This document shows positions 36,668 through 50,262 of a stretch of 64,000 nucleotides of DNA, piece after piece. Source of the stretch: Nemertoderma westbladi. Its lineage: Eukaryota > Animalia > Xenacoelomorpha. Made by a program: the position numbers and the translations under genes. Each line of letters begins with the position of its first letter. The stretch's first letter is position 1. The DNA is taken from the NCBI GenBank assembly GCA_032718475.1, contig JAUCBJ010000090.1, positions 1-64,000 on the forward strand, written 5' to 3'. Below the pieces are notes generated by a model that worked only from the letters and a program-made list of their open reading frames with translations, searched no databases and was not told the origin of the DNA.

Positions 36668-38674
36668 TTCTTGAGCCGGTCTCGGGCGTTAAATCTTCGG
36701 TGCTGGAACTAGGGTCACTAAGTGGTTGAGAGATAACCTCTTGGTCAGGGCGCCGCCGCTGTTCTACAGCCATCGGTTGGTCTCGCTTAACTTGAGCCCT
36801 AGGGCCTACCAGGCTGCAAACCTCCACTGAACCGCGCACAACGCCTGCACACAATTTTTCAGCCGTGCAATATTGGACAATACTGGAGTATTGGAGAATA
36901 TATTGGAGAATATTGGAGTGTGATAGTACGTCTCATAGGCTGCCTCATCCTGGGGATATTGGTTGAGTTGATTTGGGATATTGTGCAGAGCTCTATTGTG
37001 GACCCAGAGGGGAATGTGTCACTCTATTGTTAGGCTTACCGCTAACAGCCTGTATTCACTTAACAGGTAAAACAGCTGTGGTTTACATCTATTTGGTGCT
37101 CTGTGCATGGGGTTTGATATAGGCAGTACTATACCGAGAGTGTAGAGTCCGAGGTTGTGGGTTGGTGTCGGTTTTGTTTTTGTATTTATGTAGTATTTCC
37201 AGTTATGTATTGTCGCTGATACTTTTAGCAAATGAAACTAAAGTCTGTAACTTTAAGAAATTGTATATTTATGACAAACCATATCGACCCTGAATCCCGG
37301 GACCTGGGGTGAACTCTCATACATGCACCGAACAAAACACGCACACCACATTTTAACAAAAAAATAAAAAATAAAAAAAATAAAAACATACGCGAGCGAA
37401 GTGAGCAAAATTTTTTTCATTAAGAATGTATAATGAAAAAAAAATGCGAGCGAAGCGAGTGAAATTTTTTGTGGCAAATTATTTTTCTCACTTTGAACAG
37501 TTGCATGCATGTAAACCTTTTTACACCACATCCAGACATCGGCCTGTCCACGCACTTTTATGACTTTTGATATTTTGCACAGATTACTGCGCACTTTTGT
37601 TGTCTTTCACATAAATTTTGCGCACTTTTATTTCAATTCCGCGCACATTTACCAAGCACCATTTCAAATACGCGCACAAGACGTTCGATTTTTGGACTTC
37701 ATTTGCAGCCTGGAGTGCCTATAATAGACCTATGGTGCTTCACTAACCTAGGGTCTGACACAACTACTGTAGGGATGGCCTTTCTTACAGTAGGAGGAGG
37801 GGACTTAGACCTCGGTTGTGGCCTTTCTATACTTTGATATGGGTCACAGATTGTCTGTTCCAAAAGACTATCTGACATTGTTTGTTTTAGGTCAGACATA
37901 ATTAAATCACAGTTGAATGCCTCTCACTATAATAACAGTTAAAGTAAGTCTAGGGAAAATCAGTATCAACTGTCAGTCTTGTAGTTACCAAATATTGTTA
38001 CTCAATGTAACGTGGGTAGATATCGAGTGTTATAATACTGGTATACACCTATTAATAGTATATAACAGTATTACTACAGACTAGGATCAATCACTGAATA
38101 CCGGTATATAAGTTTAGCCTAAGTTATATAAATATATAATAAGCTTACGGTAGGCACTGATTATCAATAATTAAATAATAACTGATTATCCGATTTTAGG
38201 AATTATTTCCCTTTTACTCTATTACTGATATTGAGTAATAGGTTCAACTGATAGTAAGACATAATTGATGTATAACAGGCCTACTAATTTATAAATCTGA
38301 TTGAATTAAATTTATAAATATATATACCCATAATGGGTTTTGTCAATTATTGAAATAAATGTTATTATTTCTTTATTCTTTATTAGTACGAAGTCACTAC
38401 ACAGAGGTTGGACGCTCTCAGTGGAGTGCTACTTGTTAGACACTAAATACTGATAGTTCTACTTAACTACGTTACTTATCACTACAAATTACTTACGTAT
38501 AACGGGTTGAGATTACACAATCTCTAAATAAACAATAAACAAAGTTACACGTACAATTTTTAGGGTAATTTTACAAGAATTTTACAAACCAGACTACCAA
38601 GAATTTAGAATTTCTGGTTCTTACAGACTGACAGGGAATTTACATAATTTTGAAACCAATAAAGTAGTATTCAA

Positions 38675-39650
38675 TGTTCGCGGTATTTCAACTTTTCCTA
38701 ACGCGAGTTGAATATTTTTTGGATTTATTTAAAATGATTATTCCGATATTACTACTGGGTGCGGGAACATGGGTTTTAGGCACACTCGATGGACTGGGGG
38801 CGATTTATGGGCGAATATTGGGGCGCTTACGGGGTACGGGACTCATTTCATGTATATAAGGGCCAGGGGGGGAAGACAAAGTTAAGCAGTATTCAGGTTT
38901 ACCTGATTACTATTAGGCCTAGCCAATTTCCTGCTGCCTGTAGAGGTGGATTTGGTAACTCGCTAGGTCTAAAGGACAAGGACTGCCCTTAGCGGTCCCT
39001 GGCCAACAGCAGTTATTACGAGCCTGAAAAGTACATCGGAAAGTCTGCTGCTTGTGTCAGGGATTTGCGACGGGAAACGACGACAGACCCCGTAGCCAAG
39101 CCGTACTGGTTCTCGATGATCGTTCCCTTCGGGGTTCGTAAGGGGTGGGACGGACACGCGAAAGGGTCGACCGACTAACAGAGGAAGGGTTTGACAAGAC
39201 TGCCCTTAGCGGTCTCTGGTCAACAGCAGTTATTACGAGCCTGAAAAGGACATCGGAAAGTCTGCTGCTTGTGCCAGGGATTTGCGATGGGAACCGACGA
39301 CAGACCCCTTAGCCAAGCCGTACTGGTTCTCGATGATCGTTCCCTTCGGGGTTCGTGAGGGGTGGGACGGATACGCAACGGGGTCGAAAGACAAAGGACT
39401 GGACTCTACTGGCCTACCGACTGTTCGGATCAGTTTCTCGGTTGCCGAAGCGACTATGAGCCTGAATAAGGACTCGGAAAGCCTAGGTGGTTGGGACTCC
39501 ACCGCGATGAACCGACTGACCCCTAGCCAAGCCGTACTGGTTCTGGATGATCGAACCCTTCGGGGTTCGGGAGGGGTGGGACGGACACGCGAACGGGTCC
39601 ACCGACATGACAGACTCCTAGCCAAGCCGTACTGGTTCTCGATGACCGAT
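38675..39650 (+). repeat. 5' LTR of element C; its 3' part and the PBS have been lost by deletion
   Basis: Matches 50248-50999; homology stops abruptly at GATGACCGAT (39650); TATA-like TATATAA at 38853-38859. Confidence 0.85.
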
Positions 39651-39878
39651 GACCTCGATGGAAGTATCGATCACACCCATTGACATAATGCAAGTTGAGC
39701 CAGGAATCTGGCACGTCGAGGTTGAAGTACAAGGAACGAATGTCGGACGATTCAGGATTACCGTTCGAGTAGTCCAAGCTGAGTACGAGAGCTACGAAGA
39801 ACTATTCTACGACATCGCATATCTAGCTATCAACGAGTCGCTAGAATGACAACGAACAACGTCTCCGACACCGATTAG

Positions 39879-42800
39879 ATGGACACCCACACAGACTCAG
39901 AAGCCGACGAGGTACCGAATATCAAGAACATGACCCGTCGACTAGGTGCTCTCAAAGGCGGAGTCACTCGAGCGTATCAGCGTATAGAGAAACAAGTCAA
40001 GAGAGTCGAAACTCCCCTCAACGAGATACAAACTCAGCTTCAGAATATCCGAAGTATCTTACAACGATATGAGAGGATGATACAGGCGTATCAAGAACTC
40101 ATTCCCTCCACCGATCAGGTAAACTACCCCAGGTTAGAAGAACATGTTGTACATCTAGATGAGTTCCGCAAACAACACCGGAGGACCCTCAGCCTTGTGA
40201 GAGGCTACGAAGAACAGTACTACAAGAGAGCTGAAAGAACAGACGCAGAATCGGTGCGAACCTCCAGCACCAGGACAGCAATACATCGAAAGAGAACGGG
40301 GTCCTCTAGGAACCAGCACTCCAGCGCTAGGAGCGCGGTGTCCGGTTCAGCACATAGCTCTCAAGGGGGTCAGCCACTCCGAGACCAGCTACGAGAACAG
40401 AAGGCATTAGCCCTCAAAGCTCGGATGGAAAATGAGTATGTTCAACTGCGTACCGAGCAAGATGTATTAGCAGCCGAAATGCAAAAACGAGAGGCCGAAC
40501 AAGAGGCCGAACGGCAGGTCGAACAACGCGAACAGGAGGCTGAACAGCATAGACGAGACGCCAAACAACGTAAACAGGAGGCTGAAAGGCATAGACGAGA
40601 GGCCGAACGGCAGGCCGAACAACGTGAACGAGAGGCCAAACAACAGGCCGAACAACGTGAACATGAAGCTGAACAACGTAGACGAGAGGCCAAACAAGAG
40701 ATCGTACAACGTAAATGGGAGGCAGAAATGCGTAAACAACACGCCGAGGCCCAAGCGATTCTCATCCACAAAAAGAATGCGGATATTGCGAAACTCGCGG
40801 AATACGAAGCCGCGCTTATAGAACGAGATATTCAAATATACGAGGACTGGGAAAGGGGTATAGACCAGAACTATGAACCAATACCGATACCAGAATTAGA
40901 GAAGTCATTAACGACACCGGCGGTGAAACCTCCGAAACCCGAGTTCCCGCCTACCATACAGTCTACATTATCGGCACAAGCACCGGTATTCCATCCCCCA
41001 CCGGTTACGCTTAAGAATGAGGAACCTTATACCCCCCCCGAGCGTTCCCAAGTACGAGCCTGAAAAGGACTTGGAATGGGTCGCCACTCCCTGCTCCAAC
41101 AACCCGTTTACATCCACACCACAAATCCGTAGCCGAGTCATCATTAAAACACCACCTATCATCGATCCATCGTGTATGGGAGAGAGTGCCAATAACTATA
41201 ACCCTCCTAGTCATTCCGGTTCAGACGACATTGGCATTATCCGGGCATTAGAGAACCGACTGGCCATGCCCAAGATGGAGATCCGCACCTTCGAAGGAGA
41301 TCCCGTCGATTACCTCAGATTCATGAAACGGTTTTTCGCCCAGATTGGGTCAACGGACATAGCTGATGCACAAAAAATAGTATATTTATCCCAATACCTG
41401 GGTGACAAACCACGCCGGATTATCGCATGCTTTGAGGGAGGAGCTCATGAGGCATACTATGACGCATGGAAAACTCTAGATAAAAGATACGGAAATATCG
41501 GGACTATAATTAATAAAACTCTCGAGAAACTGATACAGGACGCGGGATCTCTAGGGGACCCACAGAATATCCAGGAATTCTCAGATTCCATGAAGGATGC
41601 CTACTATACTCTAAAACCATTAAATAAGGAGGAACAAGTAAACAACATTCTAAACCTCCGACAGATCGCCCGAAAGTTCCCCGGATGGCTGCAAAGTAAG
41701 TGGGCCTATAAATGCGTAGATCTCCGGCGTAGACACCCAGATCGAGATCCCAGATTCAAGATCGAGATCGAGATTCCTGGATGATATCTCCGAAGCCATG
41801 AATGACTCGATGTTCTCGAAACAAAGTCTCGCCAAGTTAGACGGATTAGAGAGCAACTCCAGGAGCAAGACGCCCACTCAGAAACCGAGATTCCGTCTCC
41901 TTCCGGTGAGTACAATGGCCATCACCATGGCTGAGGATTCCGACGACGAAGACTACGAGGAACCGACATCAGCCGAGGAATGGGCGTGTTATCTTGCGAA
42001 TTGGGCACCCGAAAGGGAAGGCATCACAAACTCCCTTCTCTGTCTCTTCTGTGGAGAGAAACATAAAGTGGAATTCTGCAGGAAGTTCCAGTTTGCCGAA
42101 CTCGTCCCACGCTTCGAGGCGATCATGAAACACCGAGGATGCTTCCGGTGTCTTGGAACAGGTCACTATGTTCGGGATTGCGACCAAAGATCGTGCTGTA
42201 CGGTTTGTAATGACCTATGTCATCACACACTCCTCCACATCCCCGCGAACTTTGACTTCACCACCCTCCCATTTCGGATTGAAGCCAAACGAAGAGGAGA
42301 AACGAACCACGTTTCTAAAGGAACCCGGACGACCCAACGGAGAGAAACCAACCCGTTTAAAACCTCCACCGATGCATCACAAGTGACAAATATCTCAGCC
42401 ACGATCAACCTTATAAATCGCCGTTACATGGTCTTCACCAAAGTAATCCCAGTTAGAATTCAAGGGGTCGGGAAATCATTGACAACGCTCGCATTCCTTG
42501 ATAACGGGTCGGACGGAACCATCATCGACCGAGATTTCCTCGAGCAACTCGGCCTAGATTATGAACCTTGCAAACGGCCCATACAAACGATCACCGACCA
42601 CAGAGAAGTAGAATCCGGGGAGGTGCAGCTCCAGATGGAAGGAGTAATGAAGGGCTACGAGACGGTTAAGCTGACAATCAAGAACGCCTTGGTACACACC
42701 GATCTCCGAGTGCGGTTCCGACAATCAGCCGAATACGCCCCTCTCATACAGTTAGACCGGGAAGATGTAGACCTAAGGTGCCTGCCGTTGGACGTAAACC

Positions 42801-45800
42801 GCATCACCCTATTGATCGGACTTGACACACCGGAATTACACATACCCTCCGGAGACGTCGCCCGATCTATAAAGCAGGATGACGGCTTTTACGCTGAACG
42901 AACAATAATGGGATGGACACTCTGCGGCATCAAGGAAGAGACTACAGACACCTATACATACCTTCCTAAATGTCAGATTAAAGAGAATGCAACCTCCGTG
43001 GGTTATTGTTCAGCTACAGACATTGACGAGGATTTGTTTCTTGAGACCGAGAAAACCCAGCAAGAGATGACTAAATACTTTAATCTAGAGACTCAAGAGT
43101 TCGCTGAAAAGGACGAAAACCCGTCCGAGGAGGATCAATATTGTATTGACGTCCTTGACCAGGCCACGTTCAAAGACGGACACTGGTGTTCACCCATGCT
43201 ATGGAAGGACCCAAATAAACCAATGGCGAATAACGCCAACATGGCCCTTAGGCGACATGAAGGGATCATACGCCGGCTGAATGACCAACCCGAGATAAAG
43301 GAGAAATATAATAATGTAATCAAAGGATATCTTGAAGATGGATTAGCAGAAATGGTACCCCGGAATGAACTGCAAGGGGGTAAAAGAACATATTATCTCC
43401 CAACCCACTATGTGGTAGAAGCCCGGAAGGGTGGTAAAATCCGAGTAGTCAATGATGCCGCCGCTATGTATCAAGGCAAATCCCTGAACAGCCAGCTTTA
43501 CACGGGGCCCAACATATACAGTACACTCATTGGCATGTTGATCAGGTTCAGGGAAAACCAGATAGCATTCACCTGCGACATTAAAGCGATGTTTCACCAG
43601 GTCCGTACGCTACCAAGAGACTCAGACTGTCTGCGTATATTATGGACGGATAAAAGGAGATTAGTCAACTTACATTGAAGGATGTAGACGTAATGCGCAT
43701 GATCGTCAGGATCTTCGGCGCTATGGACTCGCCGGTAGCATGTAGTGACATGTTGAAGAAAACGGCAACTATGTGCGAAAACGAGTTCCCTCCAACCGTC
43801 ATAGAAACCATCCGATGATGCTTCTACGTGGACGACGGATGCGCTGGCGCAGATAATGTTGACGAGGCATATCAGCTAGCAATGGGGATGGTGGAATGTC
43901 TAAGGAAAGGAAGTTTTCCTCTCGTGAAGTTCAGATCCCACGACAAAAAACTTATGGAAAGGTTTCTGGAAGAAATCCGACTGGACAATAATAAAATGTA
44001 TTCCGAGGATGTGGAACACCGTGTACTTGGCATTGAATCAGATGAATTCATTTTCAAATATAACCCCCTACCCAAGCCTATGACGAAAAGGGGATGTTTG
44101 TCAATAAAAAGCGCAATATTCGACCCACTAAACTTCATATCTCCGGTAACCTTGGCCGGAATGAATCTAATTAAGGAAATGTGGATAGAAGGACTGGGAT
44201 GGGATGAAGAACACCCCCCACACATCAGTGTCAAATGGAGAAAGTGGACGGAACAGCTCGAACACCTACATCTTATGCGGATCCCTCGACCGTTCTTCCT
44301 CGATAAACTACCCACCGATATCTTCCAGCTCCATACTTTCTCGGATGCTTCGAATACCAGAATCGGCGTAGTCACTTTCTTAAGAAGACTAAGTAACGAT
44401 GGAAACGGCGATACGAGCTTCTTATTTTCTAAAGCTAAGACGGTATCCGGGGAATTCGTAGCAACGATTCCGAGACTTGAGCTACAGGCCGCGGTTTGGG
44501 CAGTGAGACAGAACCGCAGGGTCATGCAGAACATACGAATCCCCATCGAATCTCAACACTTCTGGGTCGATTCGAGTATCGTTCTCTACTATCTCCACTC
44601 TCCATCACGGCGTCACACCACGTTTGTAGCAAACTGAGCCACGGAGATAAAACAGTGGTGTACCGGCCGAGAACAGTGGCACCATGTGAACGGGAAAGAA
44701 AATCCAGCGGACTTATCAAGCCGAGGCGCCACCCCAAAACAACTCAGCAAAAGTAAACTCTGGCTTACAGGCCCGGAATTCCTACAGCAGCCACAATTAA
44801 CATGGAGTACCCGATTCGATCCCAAACTCGATAGTGGAAAATACTCCGAGGACGACAAGGAGATCCGTAAAGTCCATAGAAGCAACGCAGTGGAAATCTA
44901 TAGTTGTCTGACCGAGCCTGCAAAGGACTCGGGCAGGCACTATAACGTTGCGACGATCACTCAACCAGCGGCGTCTTTACACCTGTTGATCGAGCAAACT
45001 TCATCAATGAGACGGCTCATCCACCACGTTATAACCCTTCGCAACTTCTTACGGTGGAAAGACAACAAACCGATAGTTAAACGGAGTATACAAGAACTCA
45101 TTATCGCGGAGAAGTGTATTGTTGGATATGTCCAGAGAGAAAGTTTCCCCGATGAGTGGGAACAACTTAGTGCGGGCAAGACCCTGAAACCGGACAGCCC
45201 AGTCTACCAATTGAGACCAATGATGGGAGAGGACGGACTGATTCGACAGAATACCCGGATGGCAAACGCCCCGGTTGAATACGAGGTTAAATACCCAGCG
45301 CTTCTGCCCGGAACGTCGACACTAGCCAAGCTATTAATTCAACAGTGTCACGAGGAAAACCACCATGCGGGACAGAACTGGATTATAGCTAATATAAGAC
45401 AAAGATATTGGATCACCCACATCCAGCCACTGATCCGGAAAGTGTTAAAACGTTGCTTTCCCTGCAGAAGATATCTAGCGCCACCACTCACACAAAAGAT
45501 GGCCGACTTACCAGCCACACGTCTACAGTCCGATTCCCCACCGTTCTATGTAACCGGAATAGACTGTTTCGGACCATTTACGGTCATCGAGCGACGATCC
45601 AACATCAAATGCTGGGGAGCCATATTTACCTGCCTTAGGTCTAGGGCAATCTACCTAGACATCGTGGTGAACCTTACGCAACACACATTCATCAACGCCC
45701 TGCGTCGGTTCGTGGCGAACAATGGGACATGCCGTCATATGTACTCCGATAATGGTACAAACTTTGTGGGAGGAGAAAGAGAACTTAGAGAGGCGATCGA

Positions 45801-46523
45801 GGGATGGTTTACCGAGGACACCGCATCCCAAGTCTGGAGGGACCACCATATACAGTGGCACTTCCAAACACCCTTAGCACCCCATACGAGCGGGGTATGG
45901 GAGAAGCTAATCGACTTAGTAAAACGGTCCATGCGCGTCGCATTAGGAGACACCCAGGTAACCCATTCCGGGTAATCCGCACAACGTTCTGCGAGATCAC
46001 GGCTACCCTGAACAACCGGCCCATTGTCCCTATCCGCGACGACCCCATGGATTTGGAGCCCCTCACTCCTAACCACCTACTGGGAAGACCCAAAACCCAT
46101 ATTCTCCCAGAGACGATGTTTCCGGATCCCAACGATATCGCGAGACATACAAATTGGAAGAAGGCCCAAGCATTGGCAGCGCATTGGTGGAGAATCTGGG
46201 CCCAGGAGTACCTCATAACCCTCCGGACCAGGAGGAAGTGGAACAACACCTACAGGAATGTCGCCGTTGGCGACATGGTGCTGGTGAAAGAAGATCTCAA
46301 AGACCGCGTCCACTGGCCTGTGGCGCGAGTCGCGGCAATACACCCGAGCAAAGACGGATTTGCGAGGACTGTGACGATACGAACGGCAAAGGGCCACTGC
46401 CAACGCCCTATCCAGAGGCTGTGCCTTCTTGAAGGCAATGACAGCGGTGACTCTATGAGAGGTGATAAGTTCCCTACTCAGGATCCTGCTGCAGACATTG
46501 GTGACAATTATAAACCCGTTTAA
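39879..46523 (+). pseudogene. gag-pol: Element C gag-pol polyprotein with several frameshifts and stops
   Basis: TFEGDPVDYLRF (DUF1759-like); three knuckles CLFC..H, CFRC..GH and CTVC..HH; protease FLDNGSDG; RT YYLPTH, KIRVVND, DIKAMFHQV, YVDD; RNase H FSDAS, IPRLELQAA, WVDS; integrase HHCC, TGIDCFGPF, SDNGTNFVG; C-terminal RVHWPVARV. Confidence 0.95.
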
Positions 46524-46794
46524 ACCCTTCTCATCCTGTTGACAAACTCCTGATGAAAATGGACCCCCCTTAAACCAACTGTAACCACGCAATGGTATTT
46601 GTGTTTCCTTGTGTGCTATGTGGAGTCCAGCGTCACCCTGCAGATGTTTCGACTGACGCAGGGTCGTTTATGTATTGTTTACCCTGATTTTGGTCATCGG
46701 GACCAACGATATTGGATTATTGGAAATGGTAAAGATTTGAAGTGGAATTCATTGTATCCATTGTAGTATGTTATGTTGTCAGTTGCGTGCGCAG

Positions 46795-47185
46795 TTCGGG
46801 GCGTAGGCGGTGTAACTAGTCCAGCTGTAGATCCCGGATTGCCGCGCAACACCCCCTCTATCCCGTTATTCTGGTGGATCCATGGTGCATCCACATGACT
46901 TCGACGATAGAGGGTTTTATGTTTCTCAGTCGCGTTATTCTGGTTGGACCGTTGCGTGGATTTTGGGGCATAGGCGGTGTAACTAGTCCAGCTGTAGATC
47001 CCAGAATGTTGCGTAACCCTATCCCACATGACTTCGTCGATTGAGCTTTATGTTGTTGGGAGTGTTATTCTGGTGGGTCCCTGGTGCATTCCACGTGACT
47101 TCACTTCCAGCGTCTTCATTGTCCGTTACGTGTGCAGTTTGGGGCGTAGGCGGTGTAACTAGCCCAGCTGTAGATCCCAGATTGT
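46795..47185 (+). repeat. Triplicated ~35-bp motif in the non-coding spacer between pol and ORF3
   Basis: GGC(G/A)TAGGCGGTGTAACTAG(T/C)CCAGCTGTAGATCCC at ~46801, 46967 and 47143. Confidence 0.8.
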
Positions 47186-47758
47186 CGCGTAACACCACTT
47201 CCACAACGAAAATTTCCCAAAGAAGATGATTGAATGTAGTTGGAAAAGATGAAAAGAAACAGACGACATTACTATAAACTGAATGTGACGCGTATGATGA
47301 TGAAAATGAAATGATGCGCACCCTGGTGCTGCGCTTATAACAAATGATGATAGCCTGGGGGCTATAACCCCAATGATGATATGGAAATAAATGAAATGTG
47401 TAATAAATGATGAAATGGTGGAACTAAATGATGAAATGTGTTGAAATAAATGAAATGTACAATGAATAATAATGAGAAATGAAAAAAGAATGTATAAAAA
47501 AAAATGTATAAAATATAAAAGAAAAGAATTGGAAAAAAGAAGAGGACATAAAAAGTCAAAACTGGTTGGATATTAATGTATAGCTATAGTAACTGTAAAT
47601 GCTGAATGTATTAGCAATAAGATGGTAGATGCCTATTTAGCAATGTTATTTAATAAACTGAATTAAAAATAAACTGAATTATTCTGCAATCACTATAGTA
47701 TCAGACTTTCTGGATTTATAATTAACTGATATAAATTTGCAACGGACATAATTTAAAT

Positions 47759-49579
47759 ATGGACCCAAATCGCCAAATTATCGGCGAATTACGTCATACG
47801 ATAGATCTACTGGAATATCCACAACCTGGATCCCTTAACTTTGATACAAATTGGAGCACCCTGATAAATGAGAATGTGCGAGTCGTCAAATTCTCCGGGC
47901 GAGAGGGACAGGATTCCCGGAATCTACAAGCCCTCCGGTTAGCCGATGCTAGTACGAGCCTGAAAAGAACTCGGAACGCAAAGGCTACCGGAGGGGATGC
48001 ATTGTCGTACTGGGATACGTTCCGGCAAAGCGTCTACAAATCCCGATGTTTGATATACGACAACGAGGGAAACGCGACGCCCACCTCGAAAGCGATGACG
48101 TTGGCGCGATGTCAAAGTTTCATTGATGACAAGAGTATGTACCTCGCCCACTGGGGAAACCTAGCGGAGTGTACGGCGACGCTACGAGAGGAACGTATAT
48201 TGGTTATCCAGAATCGCGACGACTACCAGGAGAAGTACGGGACGAAAGAATACGGTCGATCCTTGGTCGTCGTCCTCGGAACCCTGGATGGTTTGGTATT
48301 GGTGTGTCGAATATTTCCGACACCCAGACAGGAGGTACGGACAGCCGGAGCTATCTGGCTACTACCTCCGGAGATCCGAAAGATCCTCTTCGACTTCGAC
48401 GTCATTAAAATCGGGTCGGATATAAAGGCGGACGTCCGAAACGACTACGCGAATGCTCCTTTCGGAAGAGACCGTAGAGATGATCTCAACGCCATTAGCC
48501 ATTGCGTCGACACCCAGACTCTATTAGCCTGGCTACGATCCGCCGAATTCATGCGAGGATTCCGGGAGGTGAGACAGACGAAATCCGGTATCGGCTACCT
48601 TGCAGTGCTAAACGGCGGCGTCGATTTTAAACCTCAGAAATTCCAGGACTATAATAAGATATATGGTGGATACACGGGATTGGAAATAAAGAGCGAGCGA
48701 GAGGGTCGATGGAAGGACGTTGACAGGAAGTGGACGATACATCAAAGGTGGGAAAATCCGGACCGACGGAACTACATCTACGTCATTATGGAGTCCTACA
48801 CCGTCGCTAAGTTCATATGTAAAACTCTCGATAACCTCATTACGGTGGTTCCTCGTTCCTTTATCGACTACGACTGGAATGAAGTTATCAGCCACGCCTA
48901 CAAAGCGGTCGAGAATACTACACCGGGAGAGACAAAAACGCTCACCGTTATCGACTCCTGGGATGAGAACGGACCTTTCGACATCCCTACGATTACCGAT
49001 CTCCTCGGTGCGGAGGAGCCTCTGATTTCCTTGGAAGGGGAAGAACTATGGCTACAGGAAGGCGTTCTACTGTCCACCCCAAATCGACCACTCGAGCCAG
49101 AAGCCGCGTACGAACTGGCCGCCAAACGGGTTGCCTCGGCCGAACCTGCGACGGAAGCAGGTGCTTCCACCCCACTCGGCTCCGGTAGCCCTGCGAGGGA
49201 GTTAGTTACTACCTCCACGTTGAGCGACTTCGGCGACATATGCCAGAGGTTATCCCCATATCCTTTCCCGGGTGGCGAAGACTGGTCTTCGGAGATTCCG
49301 AGTACCAGCACTCAACGGACCCGCTCAGCGATACTGGTCGAGAAGGGTCCCAGCGCTGCGCCGACTCCCAAAGATCTCCTCGGAATCCCTCCGTCGAAAA
49401 CCCCGGCACCTCTTCACCGACCAGCGGTGACAACTACCCCCTCCGTTCCACAGGATACTATGCGACTAACCCGATGGTACGCCGAGCAAACCGAATGGAT
49501 CCACCGCCAGAAACGGTCGTCCGTGATGAGGCCGGTGGGACATAAAGAAGGTTATCGGAGCGAGAACCTACTACGCTAA
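47759..49579 (+). CDS. Element C ORF3, 606 aa: DEDDy/WRN-exonuclease-like domain (probably inactive) followed by a Pro/Ser/Thr-rich linker
   Basis: LPPEIRKILFDFDVIKIGSDIKADV, CVDTQTL, SGIGYLA and RWENPDRRNYIYVIMESY resemble, by eye, the Exo II and Exo III region of WRN/EXD/Mut-7 nucleases; no signal peptide or TM segment. Confidence 0.6.
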   Translation: MDPNRQIIGELRHTIDLLEYPQPGSLNFDTNWSTLINENVRVVKFSGREGQDSRNLQALRLADASTSLKRTRNAKATGGDALSYWDTFRQSVYKSRCLIYDNEGNATPTSKAMTLARCQSFIDDKSMYLAHWGNLAECTATLREERILVIQNRDDYQEKYGTKEYGRSLVVVLGTLDGLVLVCRIFPTPRQEVRTAGAIWLLPPEIRKILFDFDVIKIGSDIKADVRNDYANAPFGRDRRDDLNAISHCVDTQTLLAWLRSAEFMRGFREVRQTKSGIGYLAVLNGGVDFKPQKFQDYNKIYGGYTGLEIKSEREGRWKDVDRKWTIHQRWENPDRRNYIYVIMESYTVAKFICKTLDNLITVVPRSFIDYDWNEVISHAYKAVENTTPGETKTLTVIDSWDENGPFDIPTITDLLGAEEPLISLEGEELWLQEGVLLSTPNRPLEPEAAYELAAKRVASAEPATEAGASTPLGSGSPARELVTTSTLSDFGDICQRLSPYPFPGGEDWSSEIPSTSTQRTRSAILVEKGPSAAPTPKDLLGIPPSKTPAPLHRPAVTTTPSVPQDTMRLTRWYAEQTEWIHRQKRSSVMRPVGHKEGYRSENLLR

Positions 49580-50262
49580 AGCCCAGCCTTTTGCGGGCTA
49601 CCAGCCACAGCGAATATTCAAAAGAGCGACCGACGACTCGAGTATTACGTCGGCGTCCCGATCCCGATCTTCTTCGGTCGGGAGATGCAGTTAGAGATAT
49701 GCGCAGACTGCGGTTCGGAGCAGTGCCCACGCGGCAGACGAAATCGAGTAACCGACTCGTGCCTAAAAGCTCCTCGGGATTCTGTATTGTCCATACTGCG
49801 CGACATCGGGACACGACGTCTCAGTTCCGTTGACGGAACTGAGGTTTCCGTGGACATTCCGCTAGCCCCCGCTGCAATATAAAATGTCCCACAAAGGACG
49901 TTACCACTATGGGAAATCTGGTTATGTTCGAAACTTACGCAAATAGCCACATAAAGACCAAGGTACGGAGAAACGCTCGGAATATTGTGCAGGAAATGGC
50001 GTGTGGTTATTTTTCCTTCCCAGAACGCCTCCATACTACAGCGTCGCTACCTTTCCATTACGTGGATCTGTTGCTAAGCGCCGGATTGTTCGGCCCATTC
50101 GAGATCCTTCGACGCTTATATTCGTATAAAGAAGAGTTTGGTGACGGAAAGTGGTTCCTAGAGGCACGCAACACCGAGTTGGAAAGACGAACCGATATGA
50201 TCCCGTTGCCATCGAAAGGAAGAGCCGCCAGGAGACAAGCCGAAACGTTCAACTTTTCCTAA
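49580..50262 (+). pseudogene. Frameshifted Cys/His-rich C-terminal continuation of ORF3
   Basis: CADCGSEQC...C and, in another frame, YCPYCATSGHDVS (from ~49785), then ORF 49909-50262 running into the 3' LTR. Confidence 0.5.

Noticed and set aside
38980-39650. Hammerhead, twister or HDV ribozymes in the LTR repeats
   Set aside because: No CUGANGA/GAAA core or other known catalytic consensus could be fitted by eye; reported only as structured RNA
41031-41063. Programmed ribosomal frameshift at the C8 run upstream of a hairpin
   Set aside because: Removing one C restores a continuous gag frame; BEL/Pao gag-pol is normally one ORF and this copy has several other disruptions, so a homopolymer indel is simpler
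43872-46592. Long antisense ORFs over pol
   Set aside because: Shadow frames of a GC-richer coding region with no recognisable motifs
47759-49579. env gene
   Set aside because: No signal peptide, transmembrane anchor or fusion-protein Cys pattern
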